Part shown: piece after piece, positions 1 through 8,816 of the stretch | Numbering within the stretch: position 1 is the stretch's first letter | How the letters are laid out: each line of letters starts with the position of its first letter | Assembly (NCBI GenBank): GCA_045863395.1 | Contig: BTVJ01000016.1 | Location: 50,963 to 114,962, forward strand | Length of the DNA: 64,000 bases | Source: Myxococcales bacterium | GTDB lineage: Bacteria > Myxococcota_A > UBA9042 > JABWCM01 > BTVJ01 | Direction: 5' to 3' | Notes under the pieces: model-generated | What the model was told of the DNA's origin: nothing | The model's input: the letters and a program-made list of their open reading frames with translations, nothing else | Databases searched by the model: none | Made by a program: the position numbers and the translations under genes

Positions 1-2
1 CG

Positions 3-1397
3 AAGGGCCTCTTCGACCCGGACACGGAGATCAGCTCCCTGCTGGCCGAGACGACCGCCACGGAGACGCAGATCCGGGCCGCGAGGACTGCCCTCGAGAC
101 CGCGCGGAGCCGCCTCGACTACGTGAAGGGCAAGCGCGCCAGCGAGGCGTCGACCGTGACCACCACGACCACTGCGCCGCCGGCCCGCGCGCAGATCGCC
201 GAGCTGGAGGTGAAGCGCCGCGCCCTGCTCGCCCGGTACACGCCAGAGCACCCGCAGCTCCAGGAGCTGGACGCGCAGGTGGCGGTGCTCGAGGCCGAGG
301 AGAGGTCCAACCGCCGCCCGTCGGTGCAGAGCACGACCCAGGAGCCGAACCCCATCTACCAGCAGCTCTACCTCACCGAGGTGCAGACCGAGATCGAGGT
401 CCGGTCGTCGGAGGCGCAGCTCGCCGCCCTGGAGCGGACCCGCGACGAGCTGTCCGAGCGCGCGCGCAAGCTGCCTACCCTGCGGGCGGACCTGACCCAG
501 CTCACCATCGAGCGGCGGGCCGCGGAGACCACCCTGGACGACACCATGCTCGGGCTGGCGCGCGTGCAGGAGCTTCGCGGCGCGCAGACCCCGCTCTACG
601 AGATCATCGAGGAGGCGCAGACCCCCGTGTCACCCCAGCGTGGCCGCACGCTGCTCGGCGTCGTCATCGTCGCCGCCCTGTCGCTGATCGGCGGGTTCGC
701 GGTCGCCCTGATCGCCGAGGTGCGCGACGACCGGATCCGCGAGGTCATCGAGCTCGAGGACCTGGGCACGGCCGTGCTCGGCGCCATCCCCCCCGCCGGG
801 CGCGGGGCCGTGGGGCACGAGGAGGCGCTGAGGCAGCTCGCCTTCTCCGTGCGACGCCTGTGCGTGGAGGGTGACCGGCGCTGCGTCCTCGTGACCAGCG
901 CCACCGAGGGGGAGCACAAGACCGCAGTCGCGCGCGGCGTGGCCGAGGCGCTGACCGGCTGGCTGCGCCCCGTGGTGCGCATCGACGCCAACCTGCGGGA
1001 CCCGGACGCGCCGCCGGGCGGGCTCGACGCCTGGCTCCGCGGGGACCTGGAGCACGCGCCGGTGGGCCGCGGGGGCGCGGGGCTCGGGGTCATCCTCGGG
1101 GGTCACGCAGGCAACCAGGCCCCGGCCCTGCTGTCCGACCCGCGCATGGACGAGCTGCTCTCCTCAGTGCGGGAAGCGTTCCGCGTCGGCATCATCGACG
1201 GGCCTGCGCTGCTGCCGTCGGTGGACGCGGAGATCCTTGCCGAGAAGGCAGACGCGGTGCTCCTCGTGGTCCGCGCCTTCCACACCCCGCGCCCCCAGGT
1301 GACCGCCGCACTGGCGCGGCTGCGCTCGGGCGGCTCCGTGGTCCTCGGCGCCGTGCTGACCGACTCCCGGGCGGGCGCCCGCAAGGAGGTCGCATGA
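3..1397 (+). CDS. wzc: Polysaccharide co-polymerase / BY-kinase fusion (Wzc/GumC-like), 5' truncated by window edge; kinase domain looks degenerate
   Basis: Frame is open from position 3. Coiled-coil periplasmic region with 'YTPEHP' motif, Pro-rich 'AQTPVSP' before a TM helix, then P-loop-like VLVTSATEGEHKT, IDANLR, IIDGP. First gene of a coupled polysaccharide operon. Confidence 0.85.
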   Translation, partial: KGLFDPDTEISSLLAETTATETQIRAARTALETARSRLDYVKGKRASEASTVTTTTTAPPARAQIAELEVKRRALLARYTPEHPQLQELDAQVAVLEAEERSNRRPSVQSTTQEPNPIYQQLYLTEVQTEIEVRSSEAQLAALERTRDELSERARKLPTLRADLTQLTIERRAAETTLDDTMLGLARVQELRGAQTPLYEIIEEAQTPVSPQRGRTLLGVVIVAALSLIGGFAVALIAEVRDDRIREVIELEDLGTAVLGAIPPAGRGAVGHEEALRQLAFSVRRLCVEGDRRCVLVTSATEGEHKTAVARGVAEALTGWLRPVVRIDANLRDPDAPPGGLDAWLRGDLEHAPVGRGGAGLGVILGGHAGNQAPALLSDPRMDELLSSVREAFRVGIIDGPALLPSVDAEILAEKADAVLLVVRAFHTPRPQVTAALARLRSGGSVVLGAVLTDSRAGARKEVA

Positions 1398-2410
1398 GGC
1401 GCTCCCCGCTGCTGCTGCTCGTCGCACTGGCCGCGTGCGGCCGTTCGTTCACGGAGGCCGACCAGACCGTCGAGGAGGCCAACCTGCGCTTCGAGCAGGC
1501 CATGAACGTGCCGCCGCCCGACCTGGCGCCACTGCGCACGCCCGACGCCGCCGAGTACCGCATCGGCGCCGGCGACCGCCTGGAGCTGGAGGTCCCGAGC
1601 GCCCCGGAGCTCAACCGGGCGGGCCTCCTCGTGCGCCCCGACGGCCGGATCACGCTGCCGCTGGTCGGCGACGCCAAGGTGAGCGGCTTGACGCCCGCGC
1701 AGGCGTCCGCGGTCGTCTCGCAGGAGATGGCGCGCTACCTGCGACGGAGCGCCGTGGTCATCGGCATCGGGGAGGCGCAGGGGGCGCGCCTGCTCGTCCT
1801 CGGGGCCGCCGCCAACCCGGGCGCCTTCCCCCTGCGGGGCCCCACCACGCTGCTGGAGGCAGTCGCCGAAGCCGGGGGTATCGCGGGGACCCCCACGGGG
1901 GGGCCGGCCGCCGACCTGCAGCGCTCCTACCTGCTGCGGGAGGGGCGCATCGTTCCGGTGCGCATCGACCGCCTGCTGGCCGGCGACATGAACCAGAACA
2001 TCTACGTGCGCGGCGGGGACATGCTCTACCTCCAGCCCGCGGCGACGGGCGAGGTCTTCGTGCTCGGGCAGGTGCAGAGCCCCCAGGTGGTCCCCGCCGA
2101 CTCCAGCCTCACGCTGCTCAAGGCCCTCACCCTGGCCGGGGGCGTGACCCGGGACGCCAAGGACAGCGCGGTGCGCATCATCCGGGGCTCGCTGCTGGAG
2201 CCGCAGATCTACCTCGTCGACTCGCAGGACATCACCGCCGGCCTCCGCCGCGACGTGCGGCTCATGCCTGGGGACATCGTGTTCGTGACCACCACCGAGC
2301 TGTCCGACTGGAACTACCTGCTCGGGCAGATCACCCCGACCCTCCAGTCGGCGTTGTCGGCCCGGTATCTCATCGAGGGCCCGAACGGGCTGATCTTCGA
2401 GGGCAACTGA
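1394..2410 (+). CDS. wza: Outer-membrane polysaccharide export lipoprotein (OPX/Wza family, Poly_export + SLBB domains)
   Basis: Lipobox LAAC; 'EYRIGAGDRLEL...VRPDGRITLPLVG' Poly_export signature; two SLBB-like repeats; C-terminal amphipathic helix 'LSDWNYLLGQITPTL'; ATGA overlap with upstream gene. Confidence 0.9.
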   Translation: MRRSPLLLLVALAACGRSFTEADQTVEEANLRFEQAMNVPPPDLAPLRTPDAAEYRIGAGDRLELEVPSAPELNRAGLLVRPDGRITLPLVGDAKVSGLTPAQASAVVSQEMARYLRRSAVVIGIGEAQGARLLVLGAAANPGAFPLRGPTTLLEAVAEAGGIAGTPTGGPAADLQRSYLLREGRIVPVRIDRLLAGDMNQNIYVRGGDMLYLQPAATGEVFVLGQVQSPQVVPADSSLTLLKALTLAGGVTRDAKDSAVRIIRGSLLEPQIYLVDSQDITAGLRRDVRLMPGDIVFVTTTELSDWNYLLGQITPTLQSALSARYLIEGPNGLIFEGN

Positions 2411-3475
2411 GTGGAGCGCTTCACCGCCCTGGGGGGCCCGGCGGTCGAGGCGCGCATCGCCAGCGACCTGGACGTGTGCATCCGAGGCATCCGCGACGCC
2501 CTGCGGCCCCTCCCCATCCGCGGCGTCGTGATCGGGGGCGGCCTCGGGCGTGGTGAGGGCGGGATCCGCAGGGAAGGCGGGGAGGAGCTCCCCTACAACG
2601 ACTACGACCTGTTCGTCGTCGTGGACGCCCCGTCCCTGCTCCTCTCCATGGTGCGCCCTCGCGTCAACCGCCTTGCCGCCGCGCTGACCACCTCGCTGAA
2701 CGTCGAGGTGGAGATCGGCGTACTGCGCCCCACCGATCTCGCGGCCGCGCCGCCCACGCTCATGATGACGGATCTGCGCGCGGGCCACCGGGTGCTCGTC
2801 GGGCCGCCGGACCTGCTCTCCGCCATGCCCGCCGGGCGGCCGCTCGCGCCGGTGGAGGCGTCGCGCCTGCTCCTCAACCGCGGCGCGCTGCTGGTCATGG
2901 CGCGCCAGCTCGTCGACGGCGGCCCCCTCGGACCTCAAGAATGGGAGCGCGTCGCCCGATACGTCCGCAAGTCCGTGCTGGCGCGGGGAGACTCCTGGCT
3001 CATGCTGCGTGGCCGCTACCTGACCGGCGCGCAGGCGTGCGCCGAGCGCCTGGCTGCGGAGGGTCCGCCGGACCTCGCCGACGCCTATGGTCGCGCAGTG
3101 CGGGAGCGGCTGGGTGGGATCGAGGCTCCGGGAGACCCCGGCGAGAGCCTCCGTGCGGAGGCGGAGGCGCTGGTCGGTGCCTTCGGGGCAGCCGAGTCGG
3201 CCCGCCTCGGCGGCTCATGGCCGCCCTTCAGGACCTATGGCCGGACCGTGCTGGCCGCGGAGGGCGCGAGCCCCGCGCGGGAGCGCCTGCGGGTCGCGCG
3301 CCATGCGGGCCCCGGGGCCCTGGTCGGAGGGCGCCCGTGGGCCCGCTGCGCCGCACTGCTTCCGTGGGTCCTGGCGGGCGAGGCGACGGGAATTGCGCCG
3401 GGCTGCGCGCTGGGACCCGCACGAACGCAGGGCGACGCGGTCCGCTGGCTCGCCCTCTGGCGCGCCAGCGCGTAG
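2411..3475 (+). CDS. Pol-beta superfamily nucleotidyltransferase-like protein
   Basis: 'VVIGGGLGRGEG...YNDYDLFVV' matches the hG[GS]x(n)DxD NTase motif, followed by a helical C-terminal region. GTG start directly after the wza stop, with GAGGG upstream. Confidence 0.65.
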   Translation: MERFTALGGPAVEARIASDLDVCIRGIRDALRPLPIRGVVIGGGLGRGEGGIRREGGEELPYNDYDLFVVVDAPSLLLSMVRPRVNRLAAALTTSLNVEVEIGVLRPTDLAAAPPTLMMTDLRAGHRVLVGPPDLLSAMPAGRPLAPVEASRLLLNRGALLVMARQLVDGGPLGPQEWERVARYVRKSVLARGDSWLMLRGRYLTGAQACAERLAAEGPPDLADAYGRAVRERLGGIEAPGDPGESLRAEAEALVGAFGAAESARLGGSWPPFRTYGRTVLAAEGASPARERLRVARHAGPGALVGGRPWARCAALLPWVLAGEATGIAPGCALGPARTQGDAVRWLALWRASA

Positions 3476-3501
3476 AGTCAGGACGACCAGGAGCGCTCAG
3501 G

Positions 3502-4683
3502 ATGCCGGAGACCCTGCACATCAACGTGTTCGTGGACGCGCTGGGGTGGCGCATCGCCGCCCCGCGCAACCTGTTGCCCGAGCTGGACGCGGTGCGCCAG
3601 CCCGTGCGCACGGTGCTGGGCTACTCATCCGCGGCCGTGCCGACCATCCTCACCGGGGTCCTGCCCCGGGTGCACGGCCAGTGGTCCTTCTACTTGTGGG
3701 GCCCCGAGGCGTCTCCTTTCCGCTGGCTCCGCCCCCTGTCGGTGCTCCCCCACCGGGTCGCCGCGCACCACCGCGTCCGGCGCCCCATCAGCGCCGTGGT
3801 CAAGCGCGCGCTGGGTTACACCGGCTACTTCAACCTCTACGCGGCCCCCTTCAGCCGCGTGTGGCAATGGGACTGGTGCGAGAAGGAGGACCTGTTCGCC
3901 CCCGGCGGGGTCAATGGCCACGCGACGATCTTCGACGCGCTGGACGAGGCCGGCGTGCGCCACCACCGCTCCGACTGGCGCAGGCCCGAGGACGAGAACA
4001 TCGCGGCAGCGATCACCGCGGCCAAGGACCCGCGCACCGGCTTCGTCTTCGTGTATCTGGCGGGCCTCGACGCCGTACTTCACAGGTACGGGCACCCGGG
4101 CGCCGACCGCCCGGAGGGCGCCGCCCGCTACGAGGACGCGGTCCGCCGCATCGTCGCCGCAGGCAAGGGCGCCCACGACGACGTGAGGGTGTGTGTGTTC
4201 AGCGACCACGGCATGGCCGAGGTGCACCGGGTGGCGGACCTGCGACACGCCGTCGAGGCGACGGGCCTCCGGTACGGCACCGACTACGCGGCCATCTACG
4301 ACTCCACCATGGTCCGCCTGTGGTACCTGCGGCCGGAGCACCGCCCCCGGTTGGAGCAGGCGCTGGCGGCGACGGGCGCGGGGCGGTTCCTGTCCGAGCA
4401 CGACCTGGCGGCCTCGGGCGCCGACTTCCCGGGTCACCGTTACGGCGAGGGCATCTTCCTGTGTGATCCGGGCGTGCTCGTGGTGCCGAGCGACATGGGC
4501 CTCACCCCCATCGCCGGGATGCACGGGTACGGGGAGGACGACCCGGACTCCGACGCCGTGCTCCTGAGCTCCCACCCGCCTGCGGCGCCCGTGCGCCGGA
4601 TCGACGACCTGAACCGCATGATGCGCGCCCAGGTGGGCCTCCCGCCCGCCCCCGGGGCGACGCCTCTCGAGGAGGCCGCATGA
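3502..4683 (+). CDS. Alkaline phosphatase superfamily protein (nucleotide pyrophosphatase/phosphodiesterase type), no signal peptide
   Basis: Metal/nucleophile motifs FVDALG, GYSSAAVPTILTG, LDAVLH, FSDHG, GMHGY. ATG at 3502 (AGGAG upstream) is preferred over the ORF-track start at 2941. Confidence 0.8.
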   Translation: MPETLHINVFVDALGWRIAAPRNLLPELDAVRQPVRTVLGYSSAAVPTILTGVLPRVHGQWSFYLWGPEASPFRWLRPLSVLPHRVAAHHRVRRPISAVVKRALGYTGYFNLYAAPFSRVWQWDWCEKEDLFAPGGVNGHATIFDALDEAGVRHHRSDWRRPEDENIAAAITAAKDPRTGFVFVYLAGLDAVLHRYGHPGADRPEGAARYEDAVRRIVAAGKGAHDDVRVCVFSDHGMAEVHRVADLRHAVEATGLRYGTDYAAIYDSTMVRLWYLRPEHRPRLEQALAATGAGRFLSEHDLAASGADFPGHRYGEGIFLCDPGVLVVPSDMGLTPIAGMHGYGEDDPDSDAVLLSSHPPAAPVRRIDDLNRMMRAQVGLPPAPGATPLEEAA

Positions 4684-5510
4684 TCTCTCAGCCCGTCGCG
4701 CAGTATGCCGACTTTCCAGCGACCGACGGCCGTCCCGAGCCGGTCCTTGGCTCCCTGCGCCGGGTGGAGGTGCTCGGGGTGCCGGTGGACACCCTCTCCC
4801 GGGCCTCCTTCTGCGGGGCAGTGGAGGAGCTGATCGCCCGACCGGCGCCCTCCGTGCTCGCCCCCGTGAACGTGGACATCCTGAACCAGGCCGTCGGCAA
4901 CGGGCGGCTGCGAGGCTTCCTCCGCCGCGCAGACGTCGTCTACGCGGACGGGGCCGGCGTGGTCCTCGGCGCCCGCCTGAGCGGCGGGAACCTCCCGGGC
5001 CGCCTGACGGCCGCCGACCTGATCCACGACCTGTGCGAGGCATGGCGGGACGGGCGCCACAGCATCTACTTCCTGGGCGGCGCCCCGGGGGTCGCCGAGA
5101 GGGCGGCCGACGCGCTTCGGGAGGCCCACCCTGGCGCCCGCATCGCCGGTACCTGGCCGGGCCACCTGTCACCGCAGGAGGAGCTGCGCGCATTGGCGGA
5201 CATCGCGCACCGTCGCCCCGACGTGCTGTGCGTCGGCTTCGGGACCCCCATCCAGGAGGACTTCGTCGAGCGCCATGCCGAGGCCCTCGCGCACGTGCCT
5301 TTGATCTGGCCCGTGGGGGCCCTGACGACGTACATTGCTGGCGCCGTCCCGAGAGCACCGGCCTGGATGGGCGACGCGGGGCTCGAGTGGCTCTTCCGCC
5401 TGTCCCTGGAGCCGCGGCGGCTGTTCCGCCGCTACGTGATCGGAAACCCGCTGTTCGTGGCGCGCGTGCTGGCCCAGGCCGTGGGGCGCGCGCGCAAGGA
5501 GAGGTCGTGA
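4680..5510 (+). CDS. WecB/TagA/CpsF family glycosyltransferase (GT26)
   Basis: 'ADVVYADGAGV', 'IYFLGG', 'VGFGTPIQE', 'RAPAWM...GLEWLFRL..EPRRLFRRY' family motifs; ATGA coupling. Confidence 0.92.
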   Translation: MISQPVAQYADFPATDGRPEPVLGSLRRVEVLGVPVDTLSRASFCGAVEELIARPAPSVLAPVNVDILNQAVGNGRLRGFLRRADVVYADGAGVVLGARLSGGNLPGRLTAADLIHDLCEAWRDGRHSIYFLGGAPGVAERAADALREAHPGARIAGTWPGHLSPQEELRALADIAHRRPDVLCVGFGTPIQEDFVERHAEALAHVPLIWPVGALTTYIAGAVPRAPAWMGDAGLEWLFRLSLEPRRLFRRYVIGNPLFVARVLAQAVGRARKERS

Positions 5511-5512
5511 CC

Positions 5513-6325
5513 ATGAAGACCGTGATCCTGTGCGGCGGCAAGGGGACCCGCCTCCGCGAGCACACGGAGAGCATCCCAAAGCCGCTGGTGGAGATCGGCG
5601 GGCGCCCGATCCTCTGGCACCTCATGAAGCTCTACCTCGCCCAGGGCTTCGGGGACTTCGTGCTCGCGCTCGGATACAAGGGGGACCGCATCAAGCAGTT
5701 CTTCCTCGCCGAGCTGGACCAGAAGGCGGGCGACTTCCGCCTCGTGCAGTCCAACGGCACGCCGGCCATCGAGCCCCTGCGGTCCTCGTCCGAGCCGTGG
5801 GACATCGTCTTCGCCGAGACGGGCCTGGAGACGGACACGGGCGGTCGCCTGCACCGCGTCCGCAGCTACGTCGGGGACGGGACCTTCGGGCTGACCTATG
5901 CGGACGGCCTGGCCGACATCGATCTCGGCTCCCTTGCGGCCTTCCACCGCTCGCATGGGCGTCTGGCGACGGTCACGGCCGTGCGCCCCCAGTCCACGCT
6001 CGGGCTGCTGGACCTGGCGGACGGCAACGTGGTGCGCGGCTTCCGAGAGAAGCCGCGCCTCGACCACCTGATCAACGGCGGCTTCTTCCTGCTGGAGCCG
6101 GGCGTCTTTGACTACACCACGCCGTCCTGCAACTTCGAGCGGGACGTGCTGCCCCGCCTCGCCGCGGACGGCCAGCTGGTGGCCTTCCCACACGAGGGCT
6201 ACTGGGCCTGCATGGACACCTACAAAGACAACGTCACCCTCAACGAGCTGTGGCAGCAGCAGCGTGCGCCGTGGAAGCTGTGGAGCGACAACGGCGCTCG
6301 TGGGGCGGACGGAGGAGACAGATGA
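5513..6325 (+). CDS. rfbF: Glucose-1-phosphate cytidylyltransferase
   Basis: 'ILCGGKGTRLREHTESIPKPLVEIGGRPILWHLMK', 'TGLETDTGGRL', 'TYADGLADID', 'HEGYWACMDT', ending 'APWK'. ATG at 5513 with AGGAG upstream. Confidence 0.9.
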   Translation: MKTVILCGGKGTRLREHTESIPKPLVEIGGRPILWHLMKLYLAQGFGDFVLALGYKGDRIKQFFLAELDQKAGDFRLVQSNGTPAIEPLRSSSEPWDIVFAETGLETDTGGRLHRVRSYVGDGTFGLTYADGLADIDLGSLAAFHRSHGRLATVTAVRPQSTLGLLDLADGNVVRGFREKPRLDHLINGGFFLLEPGVFDYTTPSCNFERDVLPRLAADGQLVAFPHEGYWACMDTYKDNVTLNELWQQQRAPWKLWSDNGARGADGGDR

Positions 6326-7302
6326 GCGACTTCTGGAAGGGACGCCCGGTGCTCGTGACCGGGGGGGGCGGCTTCCTCGGGAGCTGGCTGGTCAAGCACC
6401 TGGTGGACCGGGGCGCGTCCGTGGTCTGCCTGCTTCGGGACACGGTCCCCGAGAGCGGCCTCCGCATGTTGGGCCTGGAGGACCGCGTCCAGGTGGTGCG
6501 CGGCGACATCATCGACTACGCGTGCGTCGAGCGCGCCCTCAACGAGTATGAGACAGACACGGTCTTCCACCTGGCGGCCCAGGCGCTGGTCGGGACGGCG
6601 AACCGCTCCCCTCTGTCCACCTTCGAGACCAACATCAAGGGCACCTGGGTGGTGCTGGAGGCCGCACGCACGATCTCGACCGTGACGCGCACCGTGGTCG
6701 CCTCGTCCGACAAGGCCTACGGCAGCGCCCCCGACCTCCCCTACCGGGAGGACCACCCCATGGCGGGGCTGCACCCCTACGACGCGTCCAAGTCCTGCAC
6801 CGACATCCTGGCGCGGACCTACGCCCACACCTGGGGCATGCCGGTGACGGTCACCCGCTGCGGCAACCTGTACGGCGGCGGAGACATGAACTGGAACCGC
6901 ATCGTGCCGGACACCATCCGGGCGCTGTGGGAGGGGCGCGCGCCGGTCATCCGCAGCGACGGCACCTTCGAGCGGGACTACCTCTACGTGGAGGACGCCG
7001 CGCTCGGCTACCTGCGGCTCGCGGAGCGCACGCCGGACAAGGACGTGCGCGGCAAGGCCTTCAACCTCGGGCTCGGGCGCCCCGTGACGGTGCTCGAGAT
7101 CGTGGACCAGCTCATCGCCATCCACGGCAAGCCGGTCGAGCCCCAGGTGCTCAACCAGGCGAAGGCGGAGATCCACAGCCAGTATCTGGACTGCACCCTC
7201 GCGCGGGAGCTCCTCGGGTGGACCCCCGCGCACGATCTGAGCGCCGGACTGCGCAAGGCGTGGGACTGGTACTCGGGCTGGCTCGACGCACACCGCAGAT
7301 GA
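6322..7302 (+). CDS. rfbG: CDP-glucose 4,6-dehydratase-like extended SDR
   Basis: 'FWKGRPVLVTGGGGFLGSWL', 'FHLAAQALV', 'SSDKAY', YxxxK (YDASK), 'RCGNLYGGGD'. Coupled to rfbF by ATGA. Confidence 0.8.
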   Translation: MSDFWKGRPVLVTGGGGFLGSWLVKHLVDRGASVVCLLRDTVPESGLRMLGLEDRVQVVRGDIIDYACVERALNEYETDTVFHLAAQALVGTANRSPLSTFETNIKGTWVVLEAARTISTVTRTVVASSDKAYGSAPDLPYREDHPMAGLHPYDASKSCTDILARTYAHTWGMPVTVTRCGNLYGGGDMNWNRIVPDTIRALWEGRAPVIRSDGTFERDYLYVEDAALGYLRLAERTPDKDVRGKAFNLGLGRPVTVLEIVDQLIAIHGKPVEPQVLNQAKAEIHSQYLDCTLARELLGWTPAHDLSAGLRKAWDWYSGWLDAHRR

Positions 7303-8816
7303 CCGACGAGCGGCTCGCCCGCGCGGTGCCCTGGACAGTCCTCACGCGCATCGCGACGCTGGCGTCCACGCTGGCCGTCTCCGCCATCCTCTACCGCTCG
7401 CTCAGCGGAGAGCGCTTCGGCCTCTACACGGTGCTGCGCTCGGCGCTCCAGTACACCGTGCTGCTCGTGTCCTTCGGGCTCGACCGGAGCCTGCTGCGCT
7501 ACTTGCCCGAGGCTCGGGCCAGGGACGCCCTCGGAGCCGTCGCGAGCATCGGCAGGCGGGTGGTCTGGGTCCAGCTCGCCCTCGCCGTGCTCGTCGGTGC
7601 CCTGACGGTCACCTTCGCGCAGCCCATCGCCGCGCTGCTCGGAGCGGCGGAGGGCGCCTCTTCGGTGGCGGAGCTGCGCCTGCTCATGCTGATCGTCGCC
7701 GTGGCGACCGCCTTCACCGTGGCCTACCAGACGGCGTCGAGCGTGTGCATCTCGGCCTACCGGACGGAGGTGGTCTCCGGCGCGTCGGCGGTGCGCGGCC
7801 TGCTCTGGGTCGGCGCCACGGCCCTGCTCATCGCGCTGGATCTGGACGTCGCCGGCGCGCTCTGGGCCGAGGCCCTCAGCATGTGCGTCGCAGCGGTCGG
7901 GCTCGGGGTGGCGGCCGCGCGCCTGCTGCACCAGGAGGGAGCGGGAAGGCCGCCCGTGCCCGCGCAGCAGGTGGTGGCCCGGCGGCGGCAGCTCGCCTAC
8001 GCGGGCGTCATCGTGTGGTCCGGCGTGGTGAACCTGATCGTGTCCCGCCAGTCCGAGGTGTTCTTCCTGGCCCACTGGCACGGCCTGACCGTGTCCGGCG
8101 ACTACGACCTGTGCTACTCCTACCCCCAGCTCGCTCTGGAGTTCGTGCCGCTGGCCGCGGCGCCCGTCGTCACGAGCGCCATCGCGGAGGCCTTCGGCCG
8201 GGACAGGAGCAGCCTCAAGGCCGCGACCGAGCGCTACTACCGGCTGCTCGGGCTCCTCTCCATTCCGGTGGCCGTGCTCGGCGTGCTATGGTCCGACCTG
8301 CTGCTGGTGCTGCTCTTCGGGGGCCGCATCGCGCCCTCCGCCCACTGGGCGCAGGTCTTCTCGGTGATCCACCTGGTGCCGCTCGTGTTCGTCCCACTGA
8401 GCACGGCGCTCATGACGGTGGAGAAGGCGCACAAGGTGTTGCACCTCGGCCTGCTTCAAGTCGCGACCAACATCGGCCTCGATCTGCTGCTCATCGAGCG
8501 TTGGGGCTTCGCAGGCGCGGTTGCCGCCGTCTCCATCACCCTCGTCACCATGACCCCCATCACCCTGTGGGTTGTCGGCCGGCAGGTCGGGGGCACCTTC
8601 ATCCCGGCGGGTTACTTCGCCCGCGTCCTGATGGGATGCCTGCCCGCCGTGGCCGTGGCCGTGGCGCTCCGGCTCCTGCTGCCCTCGGGCGTGGCGCTCG
8701 TGCTGGGCATCCCCGCGTCCACTGCGCTCATCGCGCTGGGGCTCAGGCGCGCCGGCGCCCTGGGCCCCGAGGAGCTGGACTTGATTCGTCGCGTGCGGCT
8801 CCGGGGGAGGACCTGA
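7299..8816 (+). CDS. wzx: Polysaccharide flippase (Wzx/MOP superfamily)
   Basis: About 505 aa with roughly 12-14 hydrophobic segments; 'NIGLDLLLIERWGFAGAVAA' C-terminal MOP motif; ATGA coupling with rfbG. Confidence 0.85.
   Translation: MTDERLARAVPWTVLTRIATLASTLAVSAILYRSLSGERFGLYTVLRSALQYTVLLVSFGLDRSLLRYLPEARARDALGAVASIGRRVVWVQLALAVLVGALTVTFAQPIAALLGAAEGASSVAELRLLMLIVAVATAFTVAYQTASSVCISAYRTEVVSGASAVRGLLWVGATALLIALDLDVAGALWAEALSMCVAAVGLGVAAARLLHQEGAGRPPVPAQQVVARRRQLAYAGVIVWSGVVNLIVSRQSEVFFLAHWHGLTVSGDYDLCYSYPQLALEFVPLAAAPVVTSAIAEAFGRDRSSLKAATERYYRLLGLLSIPVAVLGVLWSDLLLVLLFGGRIAPSAHWAQVFSVIHLVPLVFVPLSTALMTVEKAHKVLHLGLLQVATNIGLDLLLIERWGFAGAVAAVSITLVTMTPITLWVVGRQVGGTFIPAGYFARVLMGCLPAVAVAVALRLLLPSGVALVLGIPASTALIALGLRRAGALGPEELDLIRRVRLRGRT

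Noticed and set aside
2399..2420. wza TGA immediately followed in frame by the NTase GTG (possible readthrough or selenocysteine fusion)
   Set aside because: An SD-like GAGGG precedes the GTG, I saw no convincing SECIS-like hairpin, and fusing an outer-membrane lipoprotein to a cytoplasmic enzyme is implausible. Translational coupling explains it.
2411..3475. NTase as a CBASS/CD-NTase or MNT-HEPN defence component
   Set aside because: There is no effector, Cap or HEPN partner nearby, and the gene is translationally embedded in a polysaccharide operon.
2941..3501. N-terminal extensions in the ORF track (also 5033, 6927, 7745, 9726, 14724, 25915, 28322, 28769, 33412, 34857, 40533)
   Set aside because: They overlap upstream genes. 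Downstream starts with an RBS, signal peptide or stop/start coupling fit the protein families better.
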